Positions 26,295 through 40,100 of a DNA stretch of 63,977 bases are shown one piece after another. Both the position numbers and the translations under genes were made by a program. Within the stretch, counting starts at the first letter, position 1. Every line of letters begins with the position of its first letter. The notes under the pieces were generated by a model that had not been told where the DNA came from, did not search any database, and saw only the letters and a program-made list of their open reading frames with translations. This stretch comes from Octopus bimaculoides (lineage: Eukaryota): assembly GCF_001194135.2 (NCBI RefSeq), contig NC_069009.1, positions 961,643 through 1,025,619 on the forward strand, given 5' to 3'.

Positions 26295-27192
26295 ATGATG
26301 GCCGTTTGGTACCTGCTCTGCTCTTTGTCTGCAATATTTTGTAAGTTTTATTTTTTTTTTATTCTATTTTTTTCCATAACTTATTTTTGTTAAGGCAAAC
26401 CTACTCAGGTGCACAGAGGTCTGGAATGGGTCACTCACATAAGTTGGATTTTCTTTGTTTTGACAAGGATTTTTCCAATTTTGTTTTCACCACAGCTTTA
26501 GAAATGATGCATTTTATTGGAAGAAATTTTTGGAAAATTTATGATTTTCCACCACAATCCAACTTATAAACTATCTACCTCATTAACAACTTATATACAG
26601 AACCTCAGGTCCCAAAACATTCCCTAGTTGATTAACAGTGAGCCATCACACCCACCCCATACAACACTAATCTTGGCATTGTTTATAAGAATCACCCACT
26701 ATCTTTCAAAACCACAACCCCTCATTATTTAATAAATTCTCAGATGCAATCCTCTCATGTAAACACAGATCCTATTCATTGTTTGCTGATTATGTTAAAT
26801 CTATGTAATTCCTTGATTACGATTAACCTTAAGTTACAACTTAGTTGCACTAGTGACATATCACTTCCACTAATACCACCTCCCCCATTCTAAATATTTC
26901 CTTAAGATTACCTTTACACATTCCTGCTACCCAGCACATACCCCTTTACAAAGGACCCCGTCCTCATACTTTGAATTCTTACCTGATCATCTTAGTACTT
27001 CCTACTCCTACTTTTACTACCAACTCCCTCTATTTACTCATACATGTCTACATACCTCAGTACTTTCATGTGCCACCGACCCATCTTCCTTTTTCAGATT
27101 TCCCCTTTGCTACACTACTAGCATCTGTAAACTTTTGTTTTCATCTTTTACAGGTTTGACAAGTGCAAACACTTATAAAATCACCCAAAGTG
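26295..27192 (+). CDS. Ig-family gene C, partial: signal-peptide exons 26295-26340 and 27154-27192
   Basis: Spliced MMAVWYLLCSLSAIF-C-LTSA-NTYKITQS-G. Both donors are GTAAGT, phase 1, and the exons are homologous to exons 1-2 of genes A and B. No adjacent Ig exon is visible; it may lie in the 28823-29777 gap. Confidence 0.75.
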
Positions 27193-29930
27193 GTAAGTAA
27201 ATTCACAAACCTTTTTTTTCTCCTTTTAAACTAGACACTATCTTTTCAGTTCTGTCTTCTATTTCTTTCTCTTAACTCATAGCTTTTAGTCAGTTTTGCT
27301 TTTTGGTTTCTTAAAATGTTTTTATTTTGACCATTGAGAAAGGCTAAAGAGCCAGAAACTCACATCAGGGAATGCACTGGAGCAGGGGTTTTCAACCAGG
27401 GTCATGATGGCTTGTGGAGATTCATATAGGATGGCCACCTTCATTCTTGCCATGGATCCAACAAGCCACAGCATTGTGGTGAGCGCCATTCCATGCATTG
27501 GCAAGACTTCTATTCCTTGATGACCTTTCTAACACCCACCACTTTACAACATGTAGTGGCTGCTTTTCTTTATTGCACCACCACTGAATTGGTTACCATG
27601 TAGCTGCGATTATGATAGTCATTCTAAATAGGATTGTGGTTATGATGTTTGTCATCATCATTCAATGTCCATGTTTCATGCAGAATTCGTTGCCCCTTTT
27701 TAATGCCAAACATTTTACAGAGTACTGGAGGCTTTTTTTACATGGCACCAACATTAGTAAGTCGCCAAGTAACTGTGAAGGCAAAGAAAGTGGAAGGAAA
27801 AAGCCCTGACTGAAGAGCATACCAGGTGTCGAGAGGTTAAAATAAGTGGGGTGGGTGTAATTGGATAGAGACATGGTTTAATCAGACATACACCCACGTC
27901 TGATGAAACCATGTCTCAGTAAACATAAATCTCATTAAGTTCAATCTCGTTAGGTTAAGTGTAATAAGATGTTTAATTTATTTTGATAATCTATTTTGCA
28001 CATTTTACCTCTTAATTTCCATGGCAAAAATATTAACCCTTTAGCATTCAAATTACTCAGTCAAATGTAATGCTNNNNNNNNNNNNNNNNNNNNNNNNNN
28101 NNNNNNNNNNNNNNNNNNNNNNNNNNNNNNNNNNNNNNNNNNNNNNNNNNNNNNNNNNNNNNNNNNNNNNNNNNAAAAGTTTTAGATTCAGGCATGATTT
28201 TGTTGCCTCATAACTTCTAGAAAAATGGATACTTTTCAATGAAACTTTCAACAAACAATCTCTTAGATCATACACATTGAGCGTATGTAAAGATTTGTTG
28301 GAAAAAAAAATTTTCCGAGAGGAGTTTCGGAAAATTCACACGACCCGACATTTCATAACTTCTCAGAATTTTCGTAACTTTCAGGAAAATGGGTATTTTT
28401 TAAGGAAATTTTACACAAATACCTTTCAAACAGCGTAGATGACGATTACAAAGACATCTGGGCATAACTACAGGGTTTTACCCCCTAGACTTTAGGAGGT
28501 CATAACTTTCAGAAAAATGAATATTTTTTAATGAAATTTTCTATGCATATAGTATTTTGGTAAATATGTTACTTACGTGGAAAAAATGCCATGTTCTAGA
28601 ACCGCAATTTCCGCTCTTGTCTACCTGTAATTAAAAAAACAAAAATCAAGAGATTTGGCTGCTATTTCTAGCATGTGTAGAGACCTCCTATGCTTAACTT
28701 CATGCGCAAATAACAGATTGTTCTCGTGGGTGTATACGGGGTGGAAGGGGGGAGGGTCACATGGCGGAGATGTAAACGGAACCCTACCCCGCTTTAGTTT
28801 TTTTTTTTTCTTTTTTAACAGANNNNNNNNNNNNNNNNNNNNNNNNNNNNNNNNNNNNNNNNNNNNNNNNNNNNNNNNNNNNNNNNNNNNNNNNNNNNNN
28901 NNNNNNNNNNNNNNNNNNNNNNNNNNNNNNNNNNNNNNNNNNNNNNNNNNNNNNNNNNNNNNNNNNNNNNNNNNNNNNNNNNNNNNNNNNNNNNNNNNNN
29001 NNNNNNNNNNNNNNNNNNNNNNNNNNNNNNNNNNNNNNNNNNNNNNNNNNNNNNNNNNNNNNNNNNNNNNNNNNNNNNNNNNNNNNNNNNNNNNNNNNNN
29101 NNNNNNNNNNNNNNNNNNNNNNNNNNNNNNNNNNNNNNNNNNNNNNNNNNNNNNNNNNNNNNNNNNNNNNNNNNNNNNNNNNNNNNNNNNNNNNNNNNNN
29201 NNNNNNNNNNNNNNNNNNNNNNNNNNNNNNNNNNNNNNNNNNNNNNNNNNNNNNNNNNNNNNNNNNNNNNNNNNNNNNNNNNNNNNNNNNNNNNNNNNNN
29301 NNNNNNNNNNNNNNNNNNNNNNNNNNNNNNNNNNNNNNNNNNNNNNNNNNNNNNNNNNNNNNNNNNNNNNNNNNNNNNNNNNNNNNNNNNNNNNNNNNNN
29401 NNNNNNNNNNNNNNNNNNNNNNNNNNNNNNNNNNNNNNNNNNNNNNNNNNNNNNNNNNNNNNNNNNNNNNNNNNNNNNNNNNNNNNNNNNNNNNNNNNNN
29501 NNNNNNNNNNNNNNNNNNNNNNNNNNNNNNNNNNNNNNNNNNNNNNNNNNNNNNNNNNNNNNNNNNNNNNNNNNNNNNNNNNNNNNNNNNNNNNNNNNNN
29601 NNNNNNNNNNNNNNNNNNNNNNNNNNNNNNNNNNNNNNNNNNNNNNNNNNNNNNNNNNNNNNNNNNNNNNNNNNNNNNNNNNNNNNNNNNNNNNNNNNNN
29701 NNNNNNNNNNNNNNNNNNNNNNNNNNNNNNNNNNNNNNNNNNNNNNNNNNNNNNNNNNNNNNNNNNNNNNNNNNNNNNTTATTATTATTGTGTTGTATTT
29801 TTTACAGAAACCCACCGTTTTCGTATCAGGCTTTCACCTTTTTACATACTATTGTTTGTTTGTTGTAAAATTAGTGTAACTCAAATAATTTCTGTTGTTT
29901 TTCAGTTTCAGAAAATAATTTTTACAGATC

Positions 29931-32456
29931 ATGGAAATTCTAAAGTTCTTCTGTTTGTCTGCAATATTTTGTAAGTCTTTGTCGTTCTTTTTCTTTATAA
30001 TTCACTCTTATTTCTTTATTGCCCACAAGGGGCTAAACATAGAGGGGACAAACAAGGACAGACAAAGGGATTAAGTTGATTAAATCGACCCCGGTGCGTA
30101 ACTGGTACTTATTTAATCGACCCCCGAAAGGATGAAAGGCAAAGTCGACCTTGGCAGAATTTGAACTCAGCCAATGAAATAGTCATGTAGTAACGCCTTA
30201 CAGTCATTTTCCTGAAAGTCACGAGGAAACAAATCCAACTCTTGTGAATTTTCCAAAACTATTCCTCACCCTCAGAATGAATTTTTCCTCTAAAAATTGA
30301 GATGTAATCAATCTGTACCATCTAGGGCATATTTGTAGAAAATTTCTTTAAGAAAATATCCATTTTTCAGGCACTTGTGAGTAAGCAAAATCAAGTAGGG
30401 CACACTTGTGTAGGTATGCCACTTCACTTAGAAACAAGGAATGTATAGTGACAGGAAGGGTTTCTGGCTGTAGAAGAGAAAAGACAGTCTTTGTGACATG
30501 CAAGATGAAATGGTAAATGTTAAAACAATGGCAGACATCAGCATTGTGATACAATCGCCATTCTATTGTGATCATAACCGTATTGACTCGTAGCATAGTC
30601 TTGTCAGTTTATATATATTTTTTATTGTTAATACAAAAGATGTTCATGAAATACAAGATTCAATCTTCTTGTGTATTACAGGTGTAGAACATCTTCATCA
30701 GAAATTCAATATTTAGGCTTATGTTTCACATCAATGCAGATTCATGTTGCTGTGTTTCATTCTTCATCCATCTCACCAGGTGTGAGAGGGTGGATGTGGC
30801 CAGTTTGAACATAAAACAATAATATTTGGGCCACATATGGCTTGGTTAACCCTTTGGCAATAAAATTACTGTCTAATGTACTGTTCATTTATTCACATTG
30901 TTTTGAATTCTATCATCTGAAAATCAAAAACTTTGTTTTCATCTTTTACAGGTTTGACAAGTGCAAAAGTTTATATCACCAAAAGTGGTAAATAGATTCA
31001 CAAACCATTTTTTCTCCTTTTAAACTAGACACTATCTTTTCAGTTCTGTCTTCTAATTCTTTCTCTTAACTCAGCTTTTTTAGTCACTGTTTTACTTTTT
31101 GGTTTCTTAAAATGTTTTTATTTTGACCATTGAGAAAGGCTAAAGAGCCAGAAATACACATTGGGGAAGCACTAGAGCAGGGGGTTTCAACCGGGGTCAT
31201 ACACCCATGTCTGATAAAATCATGTCCCAGTAAACATAAATCTCATTAAATTAAAACTTGTTAGGCTAAATGTAATAAGATGTTTAACTTATTTTGATAA
31301 TCTATTTTGCACATTTTACCTCTTAATTTCCATGACAAAAATATTAACCCTTTAGCATTCAAATTACTCAGTCAAATGTAATGCTTATTTATTCACAATG
31401 TTTTGAATGAATCACACATTATCTCAGCTTTGAGATTTCAATGATGTGATGCTTTATTTCCAGAATGACATTGTAGGTTAGATGGGAGAGGTCAGATATG
31501 GCTAGTTTGAACATCAGACAAGTAGAGTATTTGGGTCTGATATCGTTAGTTTAAATGCTAAAGGGTTACATTTGGATGTGAGATGAAGGCATGGCTGTGA
31601 TTAGGAACTTTTATTTCCAAGCGTATAATTTAAGGTCCAGTCCCCCTGTATGGCACCTTGTTTAAGTGTCCTCCACTATAGCCCCAGGCCAACAAAAGCC
31701 TTGTGAGTGGATTAGGTAGATAGGAGCTAAAAGGAGCCCATTGTGTGATGTGTGTATATATGGGATATTATAGCCTTGTTTGGAAACAGATGGAGGTTAG
31801 TGACAGGAAGAGTATCCTACTGTTGAGAATGAAAACTCTTATCCACGAAACATGGAACAGTGGGCATCATAATGATGCTGATTTTCTGTCTTGATGAATT
31901 TTTAGTTGAATGAATTGACCCCAGTACTTATTCTACTGGTCTCTTTTGCTGAACCACTAAGTTACTGGGACATAGACACACCAACACTAGTTGGCAAGTG
32001 GTGGCGGAGAACAAACACACATATAAATAAACAACAGGCTTCTTTCAGTTTCCATCAACCAAATCCACACACAAGGTTTTGGCTCATCTGAGGCTGTAGT
32101 AGAAGACACTTTCCCAAGGTACTGTGTAGTGGGACTGAACCCAGAACCATGTGATTGGGAAGCAAATTTCTTATCTGATTTCTTTATTTCAGGAAATGTT
32201 GTGCTCAATGGAAATGTCACTCTTATGATAACAATACCAAATATGAGACGACCAGTGGTTTGGAGGTGTCACAATTATAAATATGAATGTGACAGGACGT
32301 GTGCTAACGGCACTAACTATAAAGTTACGCAGAGTGGAAATCATTCCACTCTGTGGATTCGAAATGTGACAAAGGAATGTTTGACTTGGAGATTCGACGA
32401 TGACAACCTTCAAGGTGGAACAATTCATTTGAAGATAAACAGTAAGGAAATGATTC

Positions 32457-32488
<32 letters not shown>

Positions 32489-33776
32489 TCCTTTATTGGC
32501 CATTGAGGGTTGAGACAGTGGAAAATATTTAGGATGGTACAGTGTAGGTTTTAGCATGTAAAAAGTCATAAAATAAATGAAAGGAAGTCAAAAAAAGTAA
32601 ATTCCCCAATAGAGGTGTGTACCTCTCCAATTTACAGGTACACACTGAGAGAAGGCCCATTCACTCAAGCAATGCTCACCTATCAACAAACTGCTTGGAA
32701 GGCGGCACTTCCCTCTCCACCCATACCTATAATGGTGATACTTAAAAAAGTTAAATTAAATTTTTTTAAGAATTGAACATACAAATTTCCCAATAAGTAA
32801 GTGGTCATATTATTTATATCCTACATCAAACTACAGTACCTTTGATTTGGCTGCCATCATTGAAAGATTGAAAATACTTCTCAAATTTTATGCACTATCT
32901 TCTATAAGTATTTAATTTTGTTCACATTCTTTTTCATGATGCGTTTGGTGTAGACACCGATCAAGTCTACAGTCAAACACTTACAAAGCTCAATTCAGTT
33001 CAATTTAAAAGCATAGATAAGCTATGCATTGTAAGCCACACCATGATTTGCAAAATAATTTATCTTACGTTATGCTTCACCCCTGATATGCCTTTTTCTT
33101 TTACTCATATTAAAATTGCTGCCTCTAGGGCAGCGGACTTGCGGTCATAGGATCGCGGTTTCGATTCTTCTGAAGAGGAACATATAATCTTTTAGATATA
33201 GTAATCTAGGATACTGATGTGTGTTGACCCTTTTGTTATTAGATTTTTGTTGAAATACACTGCCTTTGTTTCAATTAATCTTTAAATAAAGAATTTAGTA
33301 AAATAACTTCATCACTTCTAAGTTGCTGTTTGGAACATAAATTACTATGAAATTTTGATGGAAGCTTTAAATTTAGATCATTTTAAACCTATTGTTACTT
33401 TATTTCTGTGGAAATACACTGGCTTTGTTTCAATTAATTTTGAAAATATAAAATAATTTAGTAAAATAATTTTGTCATCATTAAACTGGTTTTTCGAACA
33501 TAAATTAACAGGAAATTTTGATGGAAGGTTTCAATTTGGATCATTTAAAAAAAAAAGAGGGCTTTGCACCATCGAAACAAGGGCAGTCTTGAGCAAGTTG
33601 GAATGCAAAGGGTATATAAATGATATGTTTTATTGTTGATCTTTGTATGTGATACAACACCAATATCTGTGGCATATGATGATATCACACTGAAATCTTT
33701 TGCAGATGGTGGAACCAGCAGCCTCAGAACCAGCTTCATCTTTGTCATTGGGATTATAATTGCTGTCATCATTTAA
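29931..33776 (+). CDS. Ig-family gene A: 131-aa signal peptide + single Ig-like domain + GPI-signal-like tail
   Basis: Exons 29931-29970, 30952-30987, 32193-32441 and 33706-33776 are all GT-AG, phase 1, and sum to 396 nt. Protein: MEILKFFCLSAIFCLTSAKVYITKSGNVVLNGNVTLMITIPNMRRPVVWRCHNYKYECDRTCANGTNYKVTQSGNHSTLWIRNVTKECLTWRFDDDNLQGGTIHLKINNGGTSSLRTSFIFVIGIIIAVII. Confidence 0.85.
31348..31565. mobile_element. piggyBac-like MITE (218 bp)
   Basis: TTAA|CCCTTTAGCATT...AATGCTAAAGGG|TTA. Partial copies at about 2080-2290, 12855-13150, 28035 and 30780-30910. Confidence 0.75.
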
Positions 33777-35933
33777 ACAGTTTAAGAAATACCAGTAATA
33801 ATCTCAGGTGCTAGAAGGACACTTTTTGATATTTAATCTTTTATCTTTAATCAGTTTCAGTCATTTTGCTGAGGCCATGCTAGAGCATTGTCTTGAAGGG
33901 TTTTTAGTTGAACAAACTGAAACCTGGGCCTTTTTTTTTCTAAGCCTAGAACTTATTCCATTGGTCTCTTAGGCTAAACCACTTAGTGATGGGGACACAA
34001 ACACACCATCACCAATTGTTAAGCGGTGATGGGGGATAAATACAGACGCGCAACCAACGTCTTTCAGTTTCCATCTCTCAAATTCACTCAAAAGGTTTTG
34101 GTTGGCCCAAGGCTATAGTAGAAGACACTTGCCCAATGTGGGACTGAACCCGGAACCATGTGGTTGGGAAGCAAGCTTGATTTGTTCGCCTAAAGGCAGT
34201 GTTCCAGTATTGCCGCAGTCAAATGACTGAAACAAGTAACATATTTTTAATTTCATTTATGTCTCCCCTCTCTTTCAATAAAGTCTCTTTCTTTATCCGT
34301 AGTCTCTCATTTCTCTCTCTCTCTCTTTCTACACAAAAATGAAATGTATTAGTTACCCCATTGGCACCAAAACTTCCAAAGGGAAACTGTATTTTTTTTT
34401 TCCTCTAATTCACTTGATACCATCTATTCTGCAATTTGGGATTAAAATATCCAGTGATGTAAAATATATATAGCAGCATCATGCAGGCATAGCGTGGATT
34501 TGAACCTCAATCGCCAAATTTCACTTAACAGTTCAACAGAAATTTTCTCATGGTAAAACAATAGTTTTTCTGTGAGTGACAGCAGTTACATTTGCCAGAT
34601 GCTTTTTGCTAAGCAGAATATCATTGCCACTTGGCCCTTCTAACCTCTTCTATATAACTTAAAGTGAAAGTGACAAGACAATAGACTTCTCAAACTACTC
34701 ACTGTTTGGATAACAGTATGCCTCTCTTTCTCGCTATATTGTGATAGTTATAAATACTAAAACACCGTAGGAAGAAAGGGAGTTGGCAAAAACGAGATGA
34801 TGCAGAAGGCGACCACAGGCAGAATCCAGTTAGTGACAACCGTGTTTGGCTTAACAAATTGTAACAACCATGGAAGTAACCAACACGGAAGTTGTCTTGT
34901 CCCATATTCTCCTCACCGCTGTTTCATTGACAAGAACAATAAAGGTATCTTTCTATCAACTTCCTACACTTACATTCATTCTATCTTCCACTGACCCCTT
35001 TTTTAGCATCTAGTAGGAGGCTAACATAAAAACAGCAACAACATACAAAAAAAAAAAAAACTCTCTCTGTAGTTTATATATTATACACCTGCCCGTTGCG
35101 GTATGGCATATCTTAAAGTAATGAGAAATAAATCTGGAGTCAACATTAACTTTGTCCACTGTTCTTCTTATTTCACATCTTACAACATGCCGTTACAATT
35201 ACATTAACCAGCCTGACTGACCTTCATACGGGTGACATGTAAAAGCACCCACTACACTCTCTGAGTGGTTAGTGTTAGGAAGGGCATCCAGCTGTAGAAA
35301 CTCTGCCAAATCAGATTGGAGCCTGGTGTAGCCACCTTGTCCACCAGTCCTCAGTCAAATCGTCCAACCCATGCTAGCATCGAAAGCGGACATTAAACGA
35401 CGATGATGATGATGATGATGATTACAATTGGTGACCTTCGACTACAATGAATAATTATGTCATTACAGATATTTTGTTTTAGTATTATACTTGTTGCACA
35501 CACAAATATTTCTTTAGAAGAATTTATTATTCTTCATGTCTTCTGCCCTGACTTTGTTACCACTAAGCTTTAGTATTGTCACTGACGGCTTCAGTGTGGT
35601 TGTTGAGTGTATTCGGGCTTGTGTTAGGAGACTTTTCAAAGATTTGGGCTGTCTCTTACTTTTTATAATTGTGTGCGTTTGGAGGGTTAAATTCATATAT
35701 ATATATATGACCACTTTACTGAGTGTACTGGGTACATTTTATGTAGGCATGAAAGCAACAATGAAAGATCACTGGAATGCTTTGTCTCTCATATAAATGC
35801 TCGTGTGAGTAGTTAAGCTGTTTGTAATGAGCAAATTATCTGTCACATGTCACAATGATATGGCTTCTCTCTTGTATGAAAACATTTGAGACTAGTTAAA
35901 GTGCTAATCTTGGAAAATGATTTACCACAGGTA

Positions 35934-37124
35934 TTACAGTGATATGACTTCTGTATGAAATTGTTTGTGCCTAGTCAACAGATTATTTTGAGAAAATGAT
36001 TTACCACAGATATCACAATGATATGGCTCCTCACCTGTATGTGTACGTTTGTGAACATTTAAGTTACCAACTCCAGAGAAGGATTTACCACAGATATCAC
36101 AGTGATATGGCTTCTCTCCTGTATGAATACGCTTGTGAGTAGTTACGTTACTAGTTTCAGAGAAGGATTTACCACAGATATCACAATGATATGGCTTCTC
36201 TCCTGTATGAATGCGTTTGTGACGAATCAAGGTATTATTTTGAGAAAACGATTTACTACAGATATCACATTGATATGGCTTTTCTCCGGTATGACTGCGT
36301 TTGTGAATAGTTACGTGACCATTTTCAGAGAATGATTTACCACAGATATCACAGTGATATGGCTTCTCTACTGTATGAACACGCTTGTGAGTAGTCACGG
36401 TACTAGCTTCAGAGAAGGATTTACCACAGATATCACAATGATACAGCTTCTCTTTGGTATGAACATACTTGTACTTAGTTAAGTTACCAGTTTCAGGGAA
36501 GGATTTACCACAGAAAACACACTGATATGGCTTCTCTCCTGTATGAACACGCTTGTGCTTAGTTAAGTTACCAGTTTCAGAGAAAGATTTACCACAGATA
36601 TTACAGTAATATGGCTTCTCTCCTGTATGAACACGCTTGTGCTTAGTTAAATTACCAGTTTCAGAGAAGGATTTACCACAGATATCACAATGATATGGAT
36701 TCTCTCCTGTATGAATACGTTTGTGACTAGTTAAGATACTATGTCTAGAGAATGATTTACCACAGATATCACAATGATATGGCTTCTCTCCTGTGTGGAT
36801 GCGTTTGTGATCAGTCAAGTGATAATTTCGAGAGAAGGATTTACCACAGATATCACAGTGATATGGCTTCACGCCTGAATGAATGTATTTGTGAACAGTT
36901 AAGTTGTGTCCATAAGAGAACGACTTACCACAGATATCACAATGATATGGCTTCTCTCCTGTGTGAACACGTTGGTGAATGACTAAGTCAGCTTTCCGAG
37001 AGAATAATTTACCACAGGTATCACAATCATATGATATTTTGCCCTTTTCATTCTTTTCCTCATCAGGAAAATCCATTTCTTCAGACTCTTTTTTTATATT
37101 CATCTTCACTCCAATATAATTCAT
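35934..37124 (-). CDS. C2H2 zinc-finger protein ZF5 (13 fingers, one degenerate); leader frameshifted relative to ZF3/ZF4
   Basis: 396-aa ORF. The ancestral ATG at 37131 is out of frame because of a T7 run at 37089-37095. Ends HTEVISL*. Confidence 0.88.
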   Translation of the reverse strand: MNYIGVKMNIKKESEEMDFPDEEKNEKGKISYDCDTCGKLFSRKADLVIHQRVHTGEKPYHCDICGKSFSYGHNLTVHKYIHSGVKPYHCDICGKSFSRNYHLTDHKRIHTGEKPYHCDICGKSFSRHSILTSHKRIHTGENPYHCDICGKSFSETGNLTKHKRVHTGEKPYYCNICGKSFSETGNLTKHKRVHTGEKPYQCVFCGKSFPETGNLTKYKYVHTKEKLYHCDICGKSFSEASTVTTHKRVHTVEKPYHCDICGKSFSENGHVTIHKRSHTGEKPYQCDICSKSFSQNNTLIRHKRIHTGEKPYHCDICGKSFSETSNVTTHKRIHTGEKPYHCDICGKSFSGVGNLNVHKRTHTGEEPYHCDICGKSFSQNNLLTRHKQFHTEVISL

Positions 37125-40100
37125 TTTCCATATTGTTCCTTTCTCTCGTCACAGTACACAAATGTTTTCCTTCCTTTTGTATATTGCTCTTAACAAATAT
37201 TTCTACTGATCTATACGTGTTATGTATAACATCTTTGCTCAGTCTTTAAGATGTTCAATACTAATGATGTAGTTTATATAAAAATTCTGTGATGCAGATA
37301 TCATCTGACAATCTGAAACAAAAGAGAAACAACAGTGTCAAACGTACGAGATAATTACAAATTAGAGAGGTTAAAACCAAGGAAGTTTTACAACATTTTC
37401 ATATAGACATGACCATAAAGGTGCAGGCACGGTTGTGTGGTAAGAATTTTGCTTACCAACCACATGGTTCTGGGTTCAGTCCCAGAGTGGCCAATCAAAG
37501 CCTTGGGTGGAGGATTTGTTAGGTGGAAACTGAAAGAAGCCTGACATATACCAAATACCAAAATGTATTCTAGTCAAAATAAGCAAAACAGAAATTAAAA
37601 TATGAGGTACCTTTCATTAAATCCAAATTCAATCGTTTAAACAGGAGTGCTCTCCCTTTGTTTACTTTCAATTTACAAAGAAGGCGCGTCATAAAAAGGC
37701 TTTTTTTCTAATTCCTTTTCTTCTAACAGTTTCTTTGAGGAGAAGAAAGACAAATATTGAATTTCTCAAACTAATTATTCAAACTACCCTAGAAAGAATT
37801 TAGGTAAATGACTTAAGGTCATGATGAGGAATAACAGAAAATACCGTATCTATTTCATGAGCGTGACAATAATCCAACTCTACAAGACATGCAGAATTGT
37901 CAGTGCCAAAGCCTCCTGCAGCAGCTAAAAGGTTACTGAAAAATATCAGAAATCCTAGGGGTTTTATAAGCCACTTTAGATATTTCTAGAAGCGTCCAGA
38001 AATTAAATTTCAGAACAATTTTGATGGAAAACTTGGATGGCTTCGGCTAATAACTTATTAAGGTTAACAATTATTAAACCAATGAAAAGAAACTTTTCGA
38101 ATTGTCTTCGTCTAAATTTGTATTTTAGCACCAAAAGAAAATTTTCACAGAACAACTCCAGTTGATTTGAAAACATATCTGCTACAAAACTATTGTAGTA
38201 CAAAATCTTGAATATCCTAAGATTTCTGATTATAAAAGGTTTGTACAAAGAGAAAACGAACTTCAAAAGAAGAATAAGCTGGAATTATTACTTTACTCAC
38301 AATTTAATCTCAATCGTTATCTTCGAAAGAGTCCTTTACCCTACAGTTTTGATTCAAAAGTAGAGATTCATCAAGGAAGTCTGCTAATTGCTGACAAGAA
38401 ATGAAAGAACATCTGACATCAGAAATAACAGTGATCCTATGGTAATGGAGAATTTATAAAACATGCATTGGTTTGCTTTTCAAATACCGAAACGAAATTA
38501 TAGTATTGTCCCAAAATTAATGGCAATTATATATTTATTTAAAGCAAAAATGAATTTCATTTCCATAATTAGTATATAAACTTATCTCAATCCGCTAAAT
38601 TTGAAATCGATAGTGTAGCGACGCAAGTCATAAATAAACTTTATTGGCAGCAAACATGACCATTACATCATAGAGTACTAAGAACCGTATTTCGTGAAAA
38701 ATTTCTCTTTGAAGAAAGTTTAGAATTCTAATATGGGCAGAAATTTTAACCGACGGGGGAAAGACTTCCGCTCCCACCTTCTCTCCCAAATTTATTTATT
38801 TTGTAATTTTTTTTGACAAAAATCCCCGTTTTCGGATACGGAGATTCCGGAAAATTGCCAAAACTGGGCATTTGTGAAATTTCCCCCTAATTTCTTCAAT
38901 TTTGACTTTTTTCCCCAACACGAAGCCTAACCTTGAAACCGTAACCATAAGTATAGAAATGTTTTGAAATTTTTGTCCGAATCATGGTGTCCATATTTTT
39001 CCGCATATTTAGANNNNNNNNNNNNNNNNNNNNNNNNNNNNNNNNNNNNNNNNNNNNNNNNNNNNNNNNNNNNNNNNNNNNNNNNNNNNNNNNNNNNNTT
39101 TTTTTTTTTTTTGTTTTTTTTCCAACATATTTTGTAAAGAAAAAAATTCTGAAAAAAGTTTTGTTTATGTGTAAATTCAAGAGATTTGGCTGCTATTTCT
39201 AGCATGTGTAAAGACACTGGTTAGAAATCACCTGCGCATGTGCAAATAATGATAATGTAAATAATCGTGTTAATACAATACGCGCCTTCCTTCCTCCGAA
39301 ATTTTGCAGGAGGGACCCATCCCGAAAGGATGAAAGGCAAAGTCGACCTCGGTGGAATTTGAACTCAGGACTTAACGGCAGACGAAACACCGCTAAGCAT
39401 TTCGCCCGGCGTGCTAACGATTCTACCTAAAATACTAGAGTACTTGAGCCCTCAATAATGTCGGGGTTTGTGTTGGAAAATTTGCACGATCGGAGTAATG
39501 AGGACAATTGAAAACGCGGAAGTAACAGGTAAGGAAGAAAATTACATTTATCACATTTCTAAAGAGACATCAAAAGGGGGTTATTTTGGTAATTTTTCTG
39601 ATTAACACCCGCACGATTTTCACTAGGGTGTTAGGGTTAGGTAATCGTGCAGGTGTTAATCTGAAAAATACCGTTATATAAACGAAATTTTCTAATACAG
39701 GCGCAGGGGTAGCTATGGGGTAACAACTTTATTTCTCAACCACATGGTTCCGGGTTCAGTTCCACTGCATGAAATTTTGGTAAATTTTACCGAAATTTTC
39801 TATAAATATGCTTCGGATTGTGTAGATTCCAATGATATCGGATTTTACTGTGAATTGTTTTTTTCCTGAGGGTGAAGAGAGGAGTTTCGAAAAATTCACG
39901 AGACGAATTTGTTTCCTCGTAACTTTCAGAAAAAAGGGTTATGTTTACAATATTGGCTGAGGTAACGACAATGGATCGCAACCCCCTTTGGGACATTTTT
40001 TTGGCAGATTCGGAATCTCCGCACTCGATATAGTGGGTTCTCTTTTACTCTTTTACTTGTTTCATTCATTTGACTGCGGTCATGCTGGAGCACCGCCTTT

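Noticed and set aside
28655-29974. Long ORFs made of X (also 6616-7281, 41103-41801, 59382-60187)
   Set aside because: Artefacts of N gaps. Only 29931-29970 is retained, as a real exon in another frame.
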